From a virus (taxonomy: Duplodnaviria > Caudoviricetes), in IMG/VR virus record IMGVR_UViG_2974647559_000001, positions 20,609-84,608 of that record: a DNA stretch of 64,000 bases; one strand, 5' to 3'. Both the position numbers and the translations under genes were made by a program. Positions 31,236 through 41,284 of this stretch are shown here, piece by piece; positions within the stretch are counted from its first letter, which is position 1, and the number at the start of each line of letters is the position of its first letter. Under the pieces are notes generated by a model. The model was not told where the DNA came from. It ran no database searches and saw only the letters and a list, made by a program, of their open reading frames with translations.

Positions 31236-31350
31236 CTAGCTAACTCGCACACCACTGAATATTAGGTTGAGAACATCAGTGCATTCCCTGTTAGCATTAT
31301 CTCCAGCCCCATTTAATGTCCCTCCTTTCATTACTTGGGGTTTATTTTTT
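31236..31350 (+). ncRNA. Candidate small structured RNA ending in a terminator-like hairpin
   Basis: GCTAAC/GTTAGC and CACTGA/TCAGTG stems; AGCCCCA/TGGGGTT plus T-tract; shares a 20-nt motif with 31935. Confidence 0.4.
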
Positions 31351-31383
31351 GTTGTAAAATAATTAACATACAGGAATAAAATT

Positions 31384-31638
31384 TTGAGTAAAGAAATTAA
31401 AGTATATCAGTCACGCAATCTTAGCGACTATAGCAAGAAGTTGGTCGAGCTGGTTAAAGCTGGTAATGAAGTGTTATTAGACCAGTGTATCAGTATGCTC
31501 GGTAAAATATATACGATTAAGTATTATGAGCCAGAAGCTGTTGTAGAAGAGACTGTAGAAGAAGCTGCTGTATCCTCAGAGGGTGTAACAACGAAAGCTG
31601 TTAAGAAGCCCCGTGGTGGTTCCGCTTCCACAAAGTAA
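31384..31638 (+). CDS. Hypothetical protein with low-complexity C-terminus
   Basis: ORF with AGGA RBS. Confidence 0.65.
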   Translation: MSKEIKVYQSRNLSDYSKKLVELVKAGNEVLLDQCISMLGKIYTIKYYEPEAVVEETVEEAAVSSEGVTTKAVKKPRGGSASTK

Positions 31639-31639
31639 T

Positions 31640-32020
31640 ATTTAAGGTTATGATTGGTTGGCTACACCAAGCTCAGGTGAGTGAAGTAGCAATAATTAAT
31701 ATAAAAATCCTGAACCGTCCCTAGTAATAGGTTGGATTTCTCCCTGTAATAAGGGCAAGCCAAAGTGCTGAGAAATGTTTTTAATTCGGATTAATTTGAG
31801 GCGAAAGCCCACTACGTGATGACCCAGCCGAAAGGTAAGGTTCCTGCTCTGCAATAATTTAAGTTGCATCAGGTTTCGTGGTGTATTCTAACGCTAGTAA
31901 TAGTATTGATATGGCACGTTATGTATTTCACAGCCCACTCAATATTAGGTTGAGGTATCCCTGTGATGACACTGGGAAAGACTAGATTATTCTACTTTTA
32001 GCAGAGTGGAATTAAAACTA
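31640..32020 (+). ncRNA. Candidate large structured non-coding RNA
   Basis: ORF-free; several GNRA-capped hairpins and a multibranch junction. Confidence 0.5.
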
Positions 32021-32021
32021 A

Positions 32022-32207
32022 AAGTTTGCAAAAGTTTCAGATGAGTGTATATTAGAAATACTCTACAAGGCTCACAAACTAAACACACCTCAAAAATTAA
32101 TATGCAATGAATATGGACTATCCCCTGCACAAGTCAGCAGGATAGTCAATGGAAGTAGACGTAAAGATTTACATGATCAATTCTTTGCAAAAGCGCATTC
32201 CCAGTAG
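32022..32207 (+). pseudogene. Start-less HTH reading frame (possible endonuclease remnant)
   Basis: ..TPQKLICNEYGLSPAQVSRIVNGSRRK..; in-frame TAA at 32019; no ATG/GTG/TTG in frame. Confidence 0.45.
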
Positions 32208-32233
32208 TGCGCTCTCTCGAAGGAGTAACAAGT

Positions 32234-32356
32234 ATGGCAAGACCAAGCAGCAAGAAAGTCTCAAACGTACAACCAAAAATGGAAGTGTCACCACAACCAG
32301 TACAGATGAAATTTTTAAAAGCCACCGAATCTATAGTATTCTTTGGCGGTGGAGCT
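32234..32356 (+). CDS. terL: Terminase large subunit, exon 1
   Basis: AGGAG RBS; MARPSS..VSPQPVQMKFLKATESIVFFGGGA (first half of Walker A). Confidence 0.9.
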
Positions 32357-32592
32357 AAACCAAAACTGGTTCCACTTTAATCAACCCCTCTAATTCGATG
32401 AAACCCTAACGTGCAGACGAGGGCAATATCGAGCAAGGCGAAAGCCGTGTGTAGAGACTATCGAAAGACACTTAATGTGAATCTAGTAGAGTAGGCAACA
32501 AGCGTTGTCGAAACGGGGGGCTACGAAAGTAGAAGATATAGTCCGACACTGAGGGAAACCTCAGAGAGTGTAGCGAACTCTATAACAGAAAG
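32357..32592 (+). mobile_element. Group I intron (IA2-like, 236 nt, no ORF) in terL
   Basis: P1 GGAGCU/GGUUCC with U.G at the splice site; P AAUUCGAUGAAA; Q AAUAUCGAGC; R UAGAGACUA; S AAGAUAUAGUCC; GAAA-capped P6, P8 and P9; terminal G; splicing restores GGGAGGGKT in frame. Confidence 0.93.
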
Positions 32593-33948
32593 GGTGGTGG
32601 TAAAACTTGGTCAATATTGATAGATAACTTACAATTCTGTCACGACCCGCAATATTTTAGTGTGTTTGTTCGTACAACAAACGTAGAGATTGATAATGGT
32701 CTTTGGCCAGAAGCCAAAAGAATGTATCTTCCATACTTGGTAGATAGTCAAGGCAGATTCTTAGGCAAAGCCCACATATCAGAAAAGAACAAAACCATAA
32801 CTTTCCCCTCTGGTGGTAGAACAAAGTTCACCTATTGCGCGACGGATAAGGATGTTGATGCGTGGTACGGATCGGAGATAACTCGTATATATCTGGATGA
32901 ATGCCAGCACCGTACCGAATATCAATTTGACTTATTCAAATCTCGTAACCGTTCTATGGCTAAAGTGCCAAAAGGTATGAGATGTACGCTGAACCCATCA
33001 CCAGATAGCTTTATTTATAAATACGTAGAGCCTTTCCTAGACGACGATAAGTACCCAATACCGGAGTTATCTGGTAAGACACGTTATTTTACCATACTGA
33101 ATGGTATCCTCATATCATCTTGGGATGCAGACGACATACGTAATGATACAGGGAAAGAACCAGAAACTTACACGTACATACCCGCAGTTCTTGGGGATAA
33201 CGAAAAGTTAATGGAGATCGACCCTGCGTACAAGAATAAGCTAGACGCATTGCCTGAAGCTAAACGTAAACAACTCCTGTTAGGGTGTTGGGCATCTACC
33301 GATGAAGATGGTTTGTATTTCAAGCGGGAATACTTAAAAAGAGCCAACTCTATACCACTCCATAGTGTTTATTGCAGAGCATGGGACTTAGCATCTTCTG
33401 CTGGTGACACACCTAATACGGTTGGTTGTGATGCTACACAAGGTATGTTAATGGCTCGTTGCCCACAAGGTTATTTCTATCTCGTAGGTAGTAAGCGATT
33501 CAGAAAACGTGCTGGTGAGCGAGATCAAGAGATACTTAGAACAGCCAAACAAGATGGGCAAGATGTTACTGTTGTTATACCAAAAGATACTGGTGCTGGC
33601 GGTGCTGCTCAATATGAATACCTCTCAAAACTGTTAATAACAGAGGGTTTCATTGTTAAGCAAGATACTGCTGTTGCAACAACAAGCAAACTTAGTAAAG
33701 CATCCCCATTCTTCAGTGCATGTGAAAATGGTTTAGTGTATTTGGTTGAAAAGAGTTTTGAGACAGAAGAATTAGAACTCTGCATGAGAGAACTTGAAGT
33801 GTTTGATGGTGTATCAAGGTCTACAAGATTGCGCCACGATGAAACAGTTGATACATGCGCGACTGGGTTCAACTACCTATCAAAGAGACAATCAATACCA
33901 CAAATAAATCTACCAAACTTAACCAAATCAAATGAGTTTTCATTTTAA
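32593..33948 (+). CDS. terL: Terminase large subunit, exon 2 (spliced product about 492 aa)
   Basis: GGGKT, YLDECQ (Walker B), LNP, RAWDLA, HDETVD nuclease motifs. Confidence 0.93.
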   Translation, partial: GGGKTWSILIDNLQFCHDPQYFSVFVRTTNVEIDNGLWPEAKRMYLPYLVDSQGRFLGKAHISEKNKTITFPSGGRTKFTYCATDKDVDAWYGSEITRIYLDECQHRTEYQFDLFKSRNRSMAKVPKGMRCTLNPSPDSFIYKYVEPFLDDDKYPIPELSGKTRYFTILNGILISSWDADDIRNDTGKEPETYTYIPAVLGDNEKLMEIDPAYKNKLDALPEAKRKQLLLGCWASTDEDGLYFKREYLKRANSIPLHSVYCRAWDLASSAGDTPNTVGCDATQGMLMARCPQGYFYLVGSKRFRKRAGERDQEILRTAKQDGQDVTVVIPKDTGAGGAAQYEYLSKLLITEGFIVKQDTAVATTSKLSKASPFFSACENGLVYLVEKSFETEELELCMRELEVFDGVSRSTRLRHDETVDTCATGFNYLSKRQSIPQINLPNLTKSNEFSF

Positions 33949-33960
33949 CAGGAATCCTTA

Positions 33961-35433
33961 ATGGAAGAAGAAAATTTAAACCTTGAGAAAGGGGATAATC
34001 CTGTTCCAAGGATCCGTATGTCTGAGTATGGTACAACCGGACTTAAAGTATTTTCAGACCAAATCTTTGAAGAAGATAGACCTGAATTACGCGGCACTGG
34101 TTGGATTAAAGAAGTAAGGAAGATGCGTAATGACCCAGTAGTTAGTGCTGGTGTTGAATTATTGCAAATGTGGATGCAGCGCGGCATACCAGAGATAGTC
34201 CCTTACTCAGAATCAGAAGAAGATGTAAAACGTGCCAAGTTCATAGAACAGTGTATGTACGATATGGAACATACATTTGACGACTTGATGAAAGATATTA
34301 CATCTAATGTTTGGTACGGTTACGCACCAATAGAAAAAGTATTTAAAAAACGTTTAGCAAATCAGTCTAAGTATAATGACGGTTTGATTGGCTGGAAGAA
34401 GTTACCCATTCGCTCTCAGGATACAGTGGTCGAGTGGAAAACAGACGATACTGGTAGAAACATTACCCATTTAATTCAGGATATCAATTCAGTTACATCT
34501 GGGGAGAGATTGAATAGATTATTATTCACTTATCCAGCAGGTGAAGTTGAAATCCCTATGGAAAAGGTACTGAATTTTAGGTACAACGGTACAAGAGGTA
34601 ATCCAGAAGGTCGTAGTCCCTGCAAGTCTATATGGGGTGCATACAAATACCGCTGTCAGATTGAATTAGATGAAGCTATTGGTGTTCAACGAAACTTGAA
34701 CGGTGTCCCAGTATACTATGCTCCAGCACAGTACATGTCACCAGATGCTAAACCACATGAAAAAGCGGTTTATGAATCAATCAAAAATCAGATACGCAAC
34801 TACCAGAATAATGAACAAGCTGGTTTTGTAATTCCGAATATATATGATGAACACAGTAAGCAGAGATTATTCAGCTTAGAGCCATTAGAAGTTAAAGGGT
34901 CTAATCAATATAACACAAACGACATCATCAAGCGTTATGACTTGAAGATATTAACAATGTTGTTTGCTGATATCCTTATGATGGGTCAAACGTCCACTGG
35001 TAGTTTTGCTTTATCTGGGTCTAAGACAAATCTAGTTGAAATGAATATTCAGCGCAGGCTAAAAGAGATTGCAACTGTATTTGAGCAAGACCTATTTAAA
35101 CAGACATTTGAGCTTAATGGGTGGGATTCAAAACGCTTACCTACCATTAAGTTTACATTCCCCGAAGATCACAACCCTGACGAGTTTGGTAAGTTAATAC
35201 AACGTATTGGCAGTATTAATTTCATTCCACGTACACCAGACATGGTTGGTTGGGTTGCTAAAGCAATGGGTTATCCAGACTGGAAAAAGTTTGCTGAAAT
35301 GGAACAAAAAGAATTAGACGAACTTTTCACTGATAATGAAAGTGGTTCTGGTGAGGGCCAAGGTTCAAGTGGTACAGGAACCACACAGTCTGGTGGATCT
35401 TCCAGTGCAACCAATTCAAATAATGCCTCGTAG
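33961..35433 (+). CDS. Portal protein
   Basis: Follows terL; 490 aa; YGYAPIEKV, GNPEGRSP, MMGQ..GSFALS (DUF935-like). Confidence 0.88.
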   Translation: MEEENLNLEKGDNPVPRIRMSEYGTTGLKVFSDQIFEEDRPELRGTGWIKEVRKMRNDPVVSAGVELLQMWMQRGIPEIVPYSESEEDVKRAKFIEQCMYDMEHTFDDLMKDITSNVWYGYAPIEKVFKKRLANQSKYNDGLIGWKKLPIRSQDTVVEWKTDDTGRNITHLIQDINSVTSGERLNRLLFTYPAGEVEIPMEKVLNFRYNGTRGNPEGRSPCKSIWGAYKYRCQIELDEAIGVQRNLNGVPVYYAPAQYMSPDAKPHEKAVYESIKNQIRNYQNNEQAGFVIPNIYDEHSKQRLFSLEPLEVKGSNQYNTNDIIKRYDLKILTMLFADILMMGQTSTGSFALSGSKTNLVEMNIQRRLKEIATVFEQDLFKQTFELNGWDSKRLPTIKFTFPEDHNPDEFGKLIQRIGSINFIPRTPDMVGWVAKAMGYPDWKKFAEMEQKELDELFTDNESGSGEGQGSSGTGTTQSGGSSSATNSNNAS

Positions 35434-35441
35434 GAGCAATA

Positions 35442-36848
35442 ATGGCACACAAACTATCGAGGCTGTTAGCCGAGAAGATTTACAATAAACCCCTCTTGAT
35501 TACTATGGGCAGTCTAAATGCTGTCCTAGATTATCTGGAACACCGTACAGATTCAATCACATCAAAAGAAGTAGAAGCATCCCTTGTTGAAATGGGCGTA
35601 GAACGCTCTGAGAAGATGCTGACAGACACACTAGCTGTCATCCCTATCACTGGTTCACTCTCATATGAAAAAACCTTCTTAGGCGCTTTGTGTGGAATGA
35701 CATCTTATGAAGGTTTAATCGAAGACGTCTCTGAAGCATTATCAATGGGATTAAAAACCATTGTGTTTCGTGCTGATAGTGGCGGGGGTGAAGCATATTC
35801 TATGATGTCTTGCGCTAAAGATATACGTGAAATGGCTGACCAAGCTGGTGCAAAGATAATCACATATATTGATGGGATGGCTGCTTCAGCTTGTTATGGC
35901 TTGATTGCAGTATCTGATGAAATCATAGCTCATTCTGACTCACAAGCTGGTTCAATCGGCGTTGTTATTCAATTGATGAATAACTCAGGTAAATTAGAGA
36001 AAGAAGGCTACAAACGTAAGTTTATCACTTCTGCTGATTCCAAAGTGCCAGTTGATGATGATGGTGAATTCAAAGCTGAATGGCTTGCCGATTTAAAAGA
36101 ATCTGTTGATACATTACACGCTAAATTTGTTAACCATGTTGCAGCTTACCGCCCAATGAGTGCTGAACAGGTTGATAGTCTAAAAGCGAAAGTATTTGGT
36201 TCAGATAAAGCCTTGAGTCTTGGTTTGATTGATAAAGTCATGGATCACATGGAATTCCAAGAATACTTAGAACAAATATCAGAGGAAGTGAAGGAACCTA
36301 ATATGTCACTGTTTGGTTTATTTAAAAAGAACACTAAGGCATCTGCCGATGTGTCTCAGATTATGTCTGAGCAACAACAAGAAGCTGCGCTTGCAGTAAA
36401 CCCAGAGGAAAATGTAGATATGGCTGAACAAGCCCTAATGCAAGAGTTGCAAGCTAAGCTAGATGCTTTACAGACTCAGTATGACGCTGACGTAGTAGAG
36501 GCGTTAGCTGCTCTTGATGAAAAAGATGCAGAGTTGAATGCAGCATTAAAAGAGTTGGCTGATATGAAGCAAGCTCAAGCTGAACAACTTTTAGCGGATA
36601 AAAAAGCTAAGTTAACTGCTGTAGTTGGTACGGAACAAGCTGACAGTTTGTTTGCTCATCTGTCAACACTAGAAGATTCAGCGTTCAATGCTGTAGTTGA
36701 TTCATACAAAACGGCTAATGCTAAATTCGATAAATCTGAATTAGCATCAGAAGTCGGTGTTGAAGCTGACGGTTCTGCTAACACAGTAGAAGCTGAATCA
36801 AAGTTAGTTCAACGTTTAAAAGCTCGTCAACAAAAACAATCTAAATAA
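35442..36848 (+). CDS. S49 prohead protease with C-terminal scaffold
   Basis: DSGGGE, GMAASACY, GSIGV; coiled-coil C-terminus. Confidence 0.9.
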   Translation: MAHKLSRLLAEKIYNKPLLITMGSLNAVLDYLEHRTDSITSKEVEASLVEMGVERSEKMLTDTLAVIPITGSLSYEKTFLGALCGMTSYEGLIEDVSEALSMGLKTIVFRADSGGGEAYSMMSCAKDIREMADQAGAKIITYIDGMAASACYGLIAVSDEIIAHSDSQAGSIGVVIQLMNNSGKLEKEGYKRKFITSADSKVPVDDDGEFKAEWLADLKESVDTLHAKFVNHVAAYRPMSAEQVDSLKAKVFGSDKALSLGLIDKVMDHMEFQEYLEQISEEVKEPNMSLFGLFKKNTKASADVSQIMSEQQQEAALAVNPEENVDMAEQALMQELQAKLDALQTQYDADVVEALAALDEKDAELNAALKELADMKQAQAEQLLADKKAKLTAVVGTEQADSLFAHLSTLEDSAFNAVVDSYKTANAKFDKSELASEVGVEADGSANTVEAESKLVQRLKARQQKQSK

Positions 36849-36866
36849 TATAAAGGAAATAAATAA

Positions 36867-37211
36867 ATGGCTATTGGTGTAACAAAAGTCGCAAGCGATT
36901 TCACTAACGAATCTGATTTAATCAAGCATGAGTCTGGTAAGATTTGGGGTTATTGTCGCGGTAACGTAACTGTGGCTGCTGCCAAAGTACGTGGTGATTT
37001 AATCCAAGCAGACGGTGCATTAGCTGCAACTGAAGCTGCAATTGTTGGTGTAGTAATCAACGACACAGCCGCTGGTGAATCAGCGCAATATCTGAAACGT
37101 GGCGAGTGTGGTGTATTGAAAACCGCATTAGTTTATGCAGCACTTACTCCAGCTACCGTTGATGCTCGTTTAGAAGCATTAGGTATCCAAGTAATCCGCG
37201 AATACGTTTAA
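36867..37211 (+). CDS. Head decoration protein
   Basis: Small Ala-rich protein between protease and MCP. Confidence 0.7.
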   Translation: MAIGVTKVASDFTNESDLIKHESGKIWGYCRGNVTVAAAKVRGDLIQADGALAATEAAIVGVVINDTAAGESAQYLKRGECGVLKTALVYAALTPATVDARLEALGIQVIREYV

Positions 37212-37242
37212 TCAACCAGACTAATAATAGGAAATATAGTAC

Positions 37243-38298
37243 ATGGCTAACGCAATTTCTCCAGTGAATTTTAACCAACTGGTTGACTTAACTACCGCAA
37301 TTAATTTAATCCCTAACAGCTACCGCCGTCTAGGTGACTTGGGCTTATTCACCACTGAAGGTGTATTCCAAGACACAGTAGTATTTGACCGCACTTCACA
37401 AGAAATCCACTTGTTAGGTGACACTAAAGGTCAAGGCAACAAGCAGTTATCAAGTAAAGATTGGGAACGTGAAGTATTCTCAATGGTTGTTCCTGAGTTT
37501 CACTACTCTGACTACTTAACTCCTTCAGATGTTCGTGGTATTCGTCAAGCTGGTCCTGCTGACCAAGAAGAAGCTCTGACAGACATCCAAGAGCGTAAAC
37601 TTACTAAGTTACGTGACCTGCACGAAGCTACCCACGAATACCTACGTTGGGGTGCAATCAAAGGTATCACCATTACCCCAGATGGTAAAGTATACGCCAA
37701 CATGTTCACCGCTTTCGGTGTTACTGAAAAGGTTGTAAACTTTGATTTCCGCGCATCAAACTTATCTGGCTTCTTAGCAGATTGCCGTGAAATCTTACGT
37801 CACATGGAAGATAACCTGCTGACTGCTGGTATGTGGGCCGGTGCTGCACACGCTTTCGTGTCTCCAGAGTTCTTTGACGCTCTGACCACTCACCCAACTA
37901 CTTTTGAAGCATACAACATGTTTGTTGCTAACAACCAAGTAGCACAGGCTCAGCCAAACCGTGACGATTTAGGTCGCATGTACGCTGGTCGTCAGTTCTA
38001 TCATGGTGGTGTATTGTTTGAAGAACATCGTGGTGGTTTCCCTTACAATGGCGTAATGCAGAAGTTCATTACCGCAACAGAAGGTCGTGCTATCCCAGTG
38101 GGCGTGCCTGACCTGTTTGTAACTTATGCTGCACCAGCACTTAAGTTCTCTTACTTAGGTAGTCGTGGTGTACCTACATACGCATGGCAACGTGCTATGG
38201 AAAATGATGAGCAAGTTGAAATTGAGTCTTTCTCATCTGTACTTCCAGTATGTAAGCGCCCTGCTGCATTAGTTCGCGTTACAGGTACTTACTCTTAA
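37243..38298 (+). CDS. Major capsid protein (gpE-like HK97 fold)
   Basis: 351 aa, highly biased codon usage, position, LTTAINLIP..LGLF pattern. Confidence 0.9.
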   Translation: MANAISPVNFNQLVDLTTAINLIPNSYRRLGDLGLFTTEGVFQDTVVFDRTSQEIHLLGDTKGQGNKQLSSKDWEREVFSMVVPEFHYSDYLTPSDVRGIRQAGPADQEEALTDIQERKLTKLRDLHEATHEYLRWGAIKGITITPDGKVYANMFTAFGVTEKVVNFDFRASNLSGFLADCREILRHMEDNLLTAGMWAGAAHAFVSPEFFDALTTHPTTFEAYNMFVANNQVAQAQPNRDDLGRMYAGRQFYHGGVLFEEHRGGFPYNGVMQKFITATEGRAIPVGVPDLFVTYAAPALKFSYLGSRGVPTYAWQRAMENDEQVEIESFSSVLPVCKRPAALVRVTGTYS

Positions 38299-38316
38299 TT
38301 TGATTGAGTGATTTAT

Positions 38317-38347
38317 AGGGGAGCATCCTTCGGGGTGACTCCCCTTT
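38317..38347 (+). terminator. Hairpin/terminator after MCP
   Basis: AGGGGAG..CATCC-TTCG-GGGTG..CTCCCCT-TT. Confidence 0.75.
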
Positions 38348-38370
38348 GTCAGTAGATAAGGAGGGAGTTT

Positions 38371-40169
38371 ATGGCTTATACAGATAACCCGTTAGATCCA
38401 ACAGATAGAATAAGATTAACCATTGGCGATGTAGACCCAGAATTTCCTTTAATCTCAGACCAGTGGTACGGGTATTACTTATCACTAGAGTATACCGAAA
38501 ATGCTGTAGCTATTGAGATTGCCAAGAAGATACTAGCCCAATATGCCAACGATGCCTCAAGGCAGCGTGAGGGGATGGTTGAGATTTACGGAAAAGAACG
38601 TTTTGACGCATATTTAGCTTGGTTAAAAGACATTGTAAATAATGGTCTTACTTCTGCACCAATGCCTTATGCTGGTGGTCAATCAGTAGCTGATATGTTA
38701 GAAAACGATCAAAACCTAGATAACGTAAGACCTTGGCGTAGGTATAACTATGAAGATTTCTTCTAAAGTTAAATCAGACCAATCCGCCATAAACAATCTA
38801 ATGAAACGTCTGAAAGCTTTAGATGAAAGAGAGGTTGAATATGGTTATTATGATTCAGACCAACATCCCTCTGGAAAGTCAATGGCTGAAATAGCCTCCA
38901 TAAACAATTATGGTGACGATGAACAAAATATCCCTGCAAGACCATTCATGGAACAAACAGTTGATTATGTAACACAACGATATGAAGTTGATAATAGCTG
39001 GAAAAGAGATTTATGGCAATACTTCTGTTATGGGGGTGGTGTCATACCCTTCTTAAACAAGCAAGCATCTGAGTACGGTGTTGACAGTATTCAAGTTGTA
39101 ATGAATAGACAAGACTTTGAAGATAACGTAGCTTGGTGGGAAAAGGCCAAACAATCTAAATATGGTTTTACACAAATCCTATGGGAAACTGGTGCATTAT
39201 ATGATGGCGCTAAAACTAAAGTAGTTAAGAAAACGAGGGATACATGATAAAACGCAGAAACGGAGCTATCCCCCGCAAGACATTAGACGCTAGACACAAA
39301 CAAGATGTGCTAGACGAATTTGAAAGACCATTAACTCCCGTTACAATACCATTTAAAATCTACAAATGCACAGTTCAACCTTATGTTGGTGATACATTCC
39401 AATTAGCTCCTGATGGTTTTCAAGGTAAAGATGTGTTTACTTTATTTACTGAAACACTACTTACTAGAGGTAAGGAAGGTAGTTTGATTAAACCCGATGA
39501 AGTGAATATTAATGGTGTTTGGTTCCGTGTTGTTAAGGTCAAGCCTTGGCAAGTGGGATTGATACCACATTATGAGTGTATTGTTGTAGAGCTAGATGAG
39601 GGGTTAGTATGAGTTATATTGATACCCTTAAAGATTTTGAAACAAGACTTGGTAGGTTTTGTAAAGATGTTACTGACTTAAAAGTCACATTCAGAAATGC
39701 AAGTAATCAGAAGATAACCGAACAACACATTCAGTTACACGTTGACAGAGTTAATGAGAACGGTTGGGAACACCTCAACCCTGAATTAACCCCAAGTGGT
39801 AATTTTATCACATCAAAAGAATATGAAGTGTTTGTTGAATGTTCTTGTCATAGAGGGGATTACACCCAAGCGGTGTTAGGTGAGGTACGTCACCAATTAT
39901 CCACTAACTCTGGTTTGTATTATAAATACTTTGGTGATACTAAGTTCTCGTATCTGCGTTCAGCAACAATACAAAAAAGATTCTTTACAGTAGACGGTAT
40001 TCAATATGAAGAACGCTCTGTAATGCAATTAGTTTTTAATATGATGGTTAAATCTTCTGACATAGAAGATATTGGCTCTATTGAAACTGTAGAGATAATT
40101 AATCTCAAAACTAAAGTGTCAGAAAATACGGTAGCCGTAGATGATACTCTTACTATTACTTCCCCATAA
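38371..40169 (+). other. Head-tail connector/neck genes: 38371-38766 adaptor, 38750-39247 neck, 39244-39612 head closure, 39609-40169 tail terminator
   Basis: Synteny; DRIRLTIGD and IPARPFM motifs. Confidence 0.7.
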
Positions 40170-40196
40170 AATCCCTACTCAGGAGAGTTATAAATA

Positions 40197-41273
40197 ATGT
40201 CAGTTGATATTACAGAAAGAGTAGATGTTGTCGTATCTCTTGGTACACAACCTATTTCTACAGCTTCTTTCGATTCAGCTATGTTTTTAGCTGATACAGA
40301 AAGCGCCGGTTGGCCCGTAGCCTTTACAGAAGATTATCGTGTATTCACTTCACTGAAATCTGTAGCTGATGCAGGTTTTGCTGAAACAACCTCAACATAT
40401 AAATTTGCTGCATTAGTGTTTGGTGGCAACTTTGCTGTTAAATCACTTTATGTAGTTCGTTACACTACAGACGTAGGCGCTCCTGTAACACCTACAGCAG
40501 CATTTAACACTCAGCTTACTGTAGATGACACACCTTACTATGTAGCGTGTGATGTGCACACTGAAGCCGTAATTACACCATTGGTTGCTGCTGCTGAAGC
40601 TGCTTATCGTATGGTTGTAGTTAGTTCACAGGAAGCAGGTATTCTGGTTCCAGCCACTACTACAGATTTAGGTAGTGTACTACAGTCTGCTGCCTATGAC
40701 CACGTATTCACATTATACCACCCATCTGCTGATACAACATTTGCTGAAGGCGGTGTAATTGGTGCAATGGCTGCTATCCCTGCTGGTGTATCTACACTAG
40801 AAGATAAGACCATGACTGGTGTTACATCTTATTCTATTGATGGCACAGCAACTACCTCAGTTAAAGATAAGAACGTAGGTTACTACTCCCCAATTGCAGG
40901 TGTTAAGTCACTATTTAATTCTAGAGTAGCTTCTGGTCAATTCTTCGACACTATTGTATTCAGTGATTGGTTACGTGCACGTATTGGTGAAGCAGTATAT
41001 GGATTGATGAAGCGTCGTTCAGACGCAGGTTTAAAAGTCAGCTACGACGAGAATGGCACGAGCTTAATCCGTTCAACTATCTTCGGTGTAATCCAAGTGG
41101 GTTTAGCTAACGGCGCAATTAGTCCAGATATCTACCCTGTAGTACGTACACCATCTCGTGAAGAAGTGAGTGAAGCAGACCGCACTGGTCGTGTATTACC
41201 AGACGTAGTGGTTGAAGTGTTATATAGCAACGCAGTACATAACGTTCTTGTACGTGCATACGTAAGCGTATAA
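40197..41273 (+). CDS. Tail sheath protein (DUF3383-like)
   Basis: FFDTIVFSDWLRARI..Y.ENG pattern; position. Confidence 0.85.
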   Translation: MSVDITERVDVVVSLGTQPISTASFDSAMFLADTESAGWPVAFTEDYRVFTSLKSVADAGFAETTSTYKFAALVFGGNFAVKSLYVVRYTTDVGAPVTPTAAFNTQLTVDDTPYYVACDVHTEAVITPLVAAAEAAYRMVVVSSQEAGILVPATTTDLGSVLQSAAYDHVFTLYHPSADTTFAEGGVIGAMAAIPAGVSTLEDKTMTGVTSYSIDGTATTSVKDKNVGYYSPIAGVKSLFNSRVASGQFFDTIVFSDWLRARIGEAVYGLMKRRSDAGLKVSYDENGTSLIRSTIFGVIQVGLANGAISPDIYPVVRTPSREEVSEADRTGRVLPDVVVEVLYSNAVHNVLVRAYVSV

Positions 41274-41284
41274 GGAGATAATAA

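Noticed and set aside
31812-31880. Hammerhead ribozyme (TGATGA in a three-way junction)
   Set aside because: It lacks CUGAUGA and the GAAA strand after stem II.
31200-32100. tRNA genes in the terS-terL spacer
   Set aside because: There is no GTTCRA T-loop or cloverleaf. TAGCAGAGTGG resembles a D-arm but the rest of a tRNA is missing.
32149-32358. 69-aa ORF in the ORF track
   Set aside because: It is in the wrong frame; the true coding segment is terL exon 1 (32234-32356), with RBS and Walker A half-motif.
40189-40196. T4-like late promoter TATAAATA
   Set aside because: It lies between the RBS and the start codon and does not recur upstream of other late genes.
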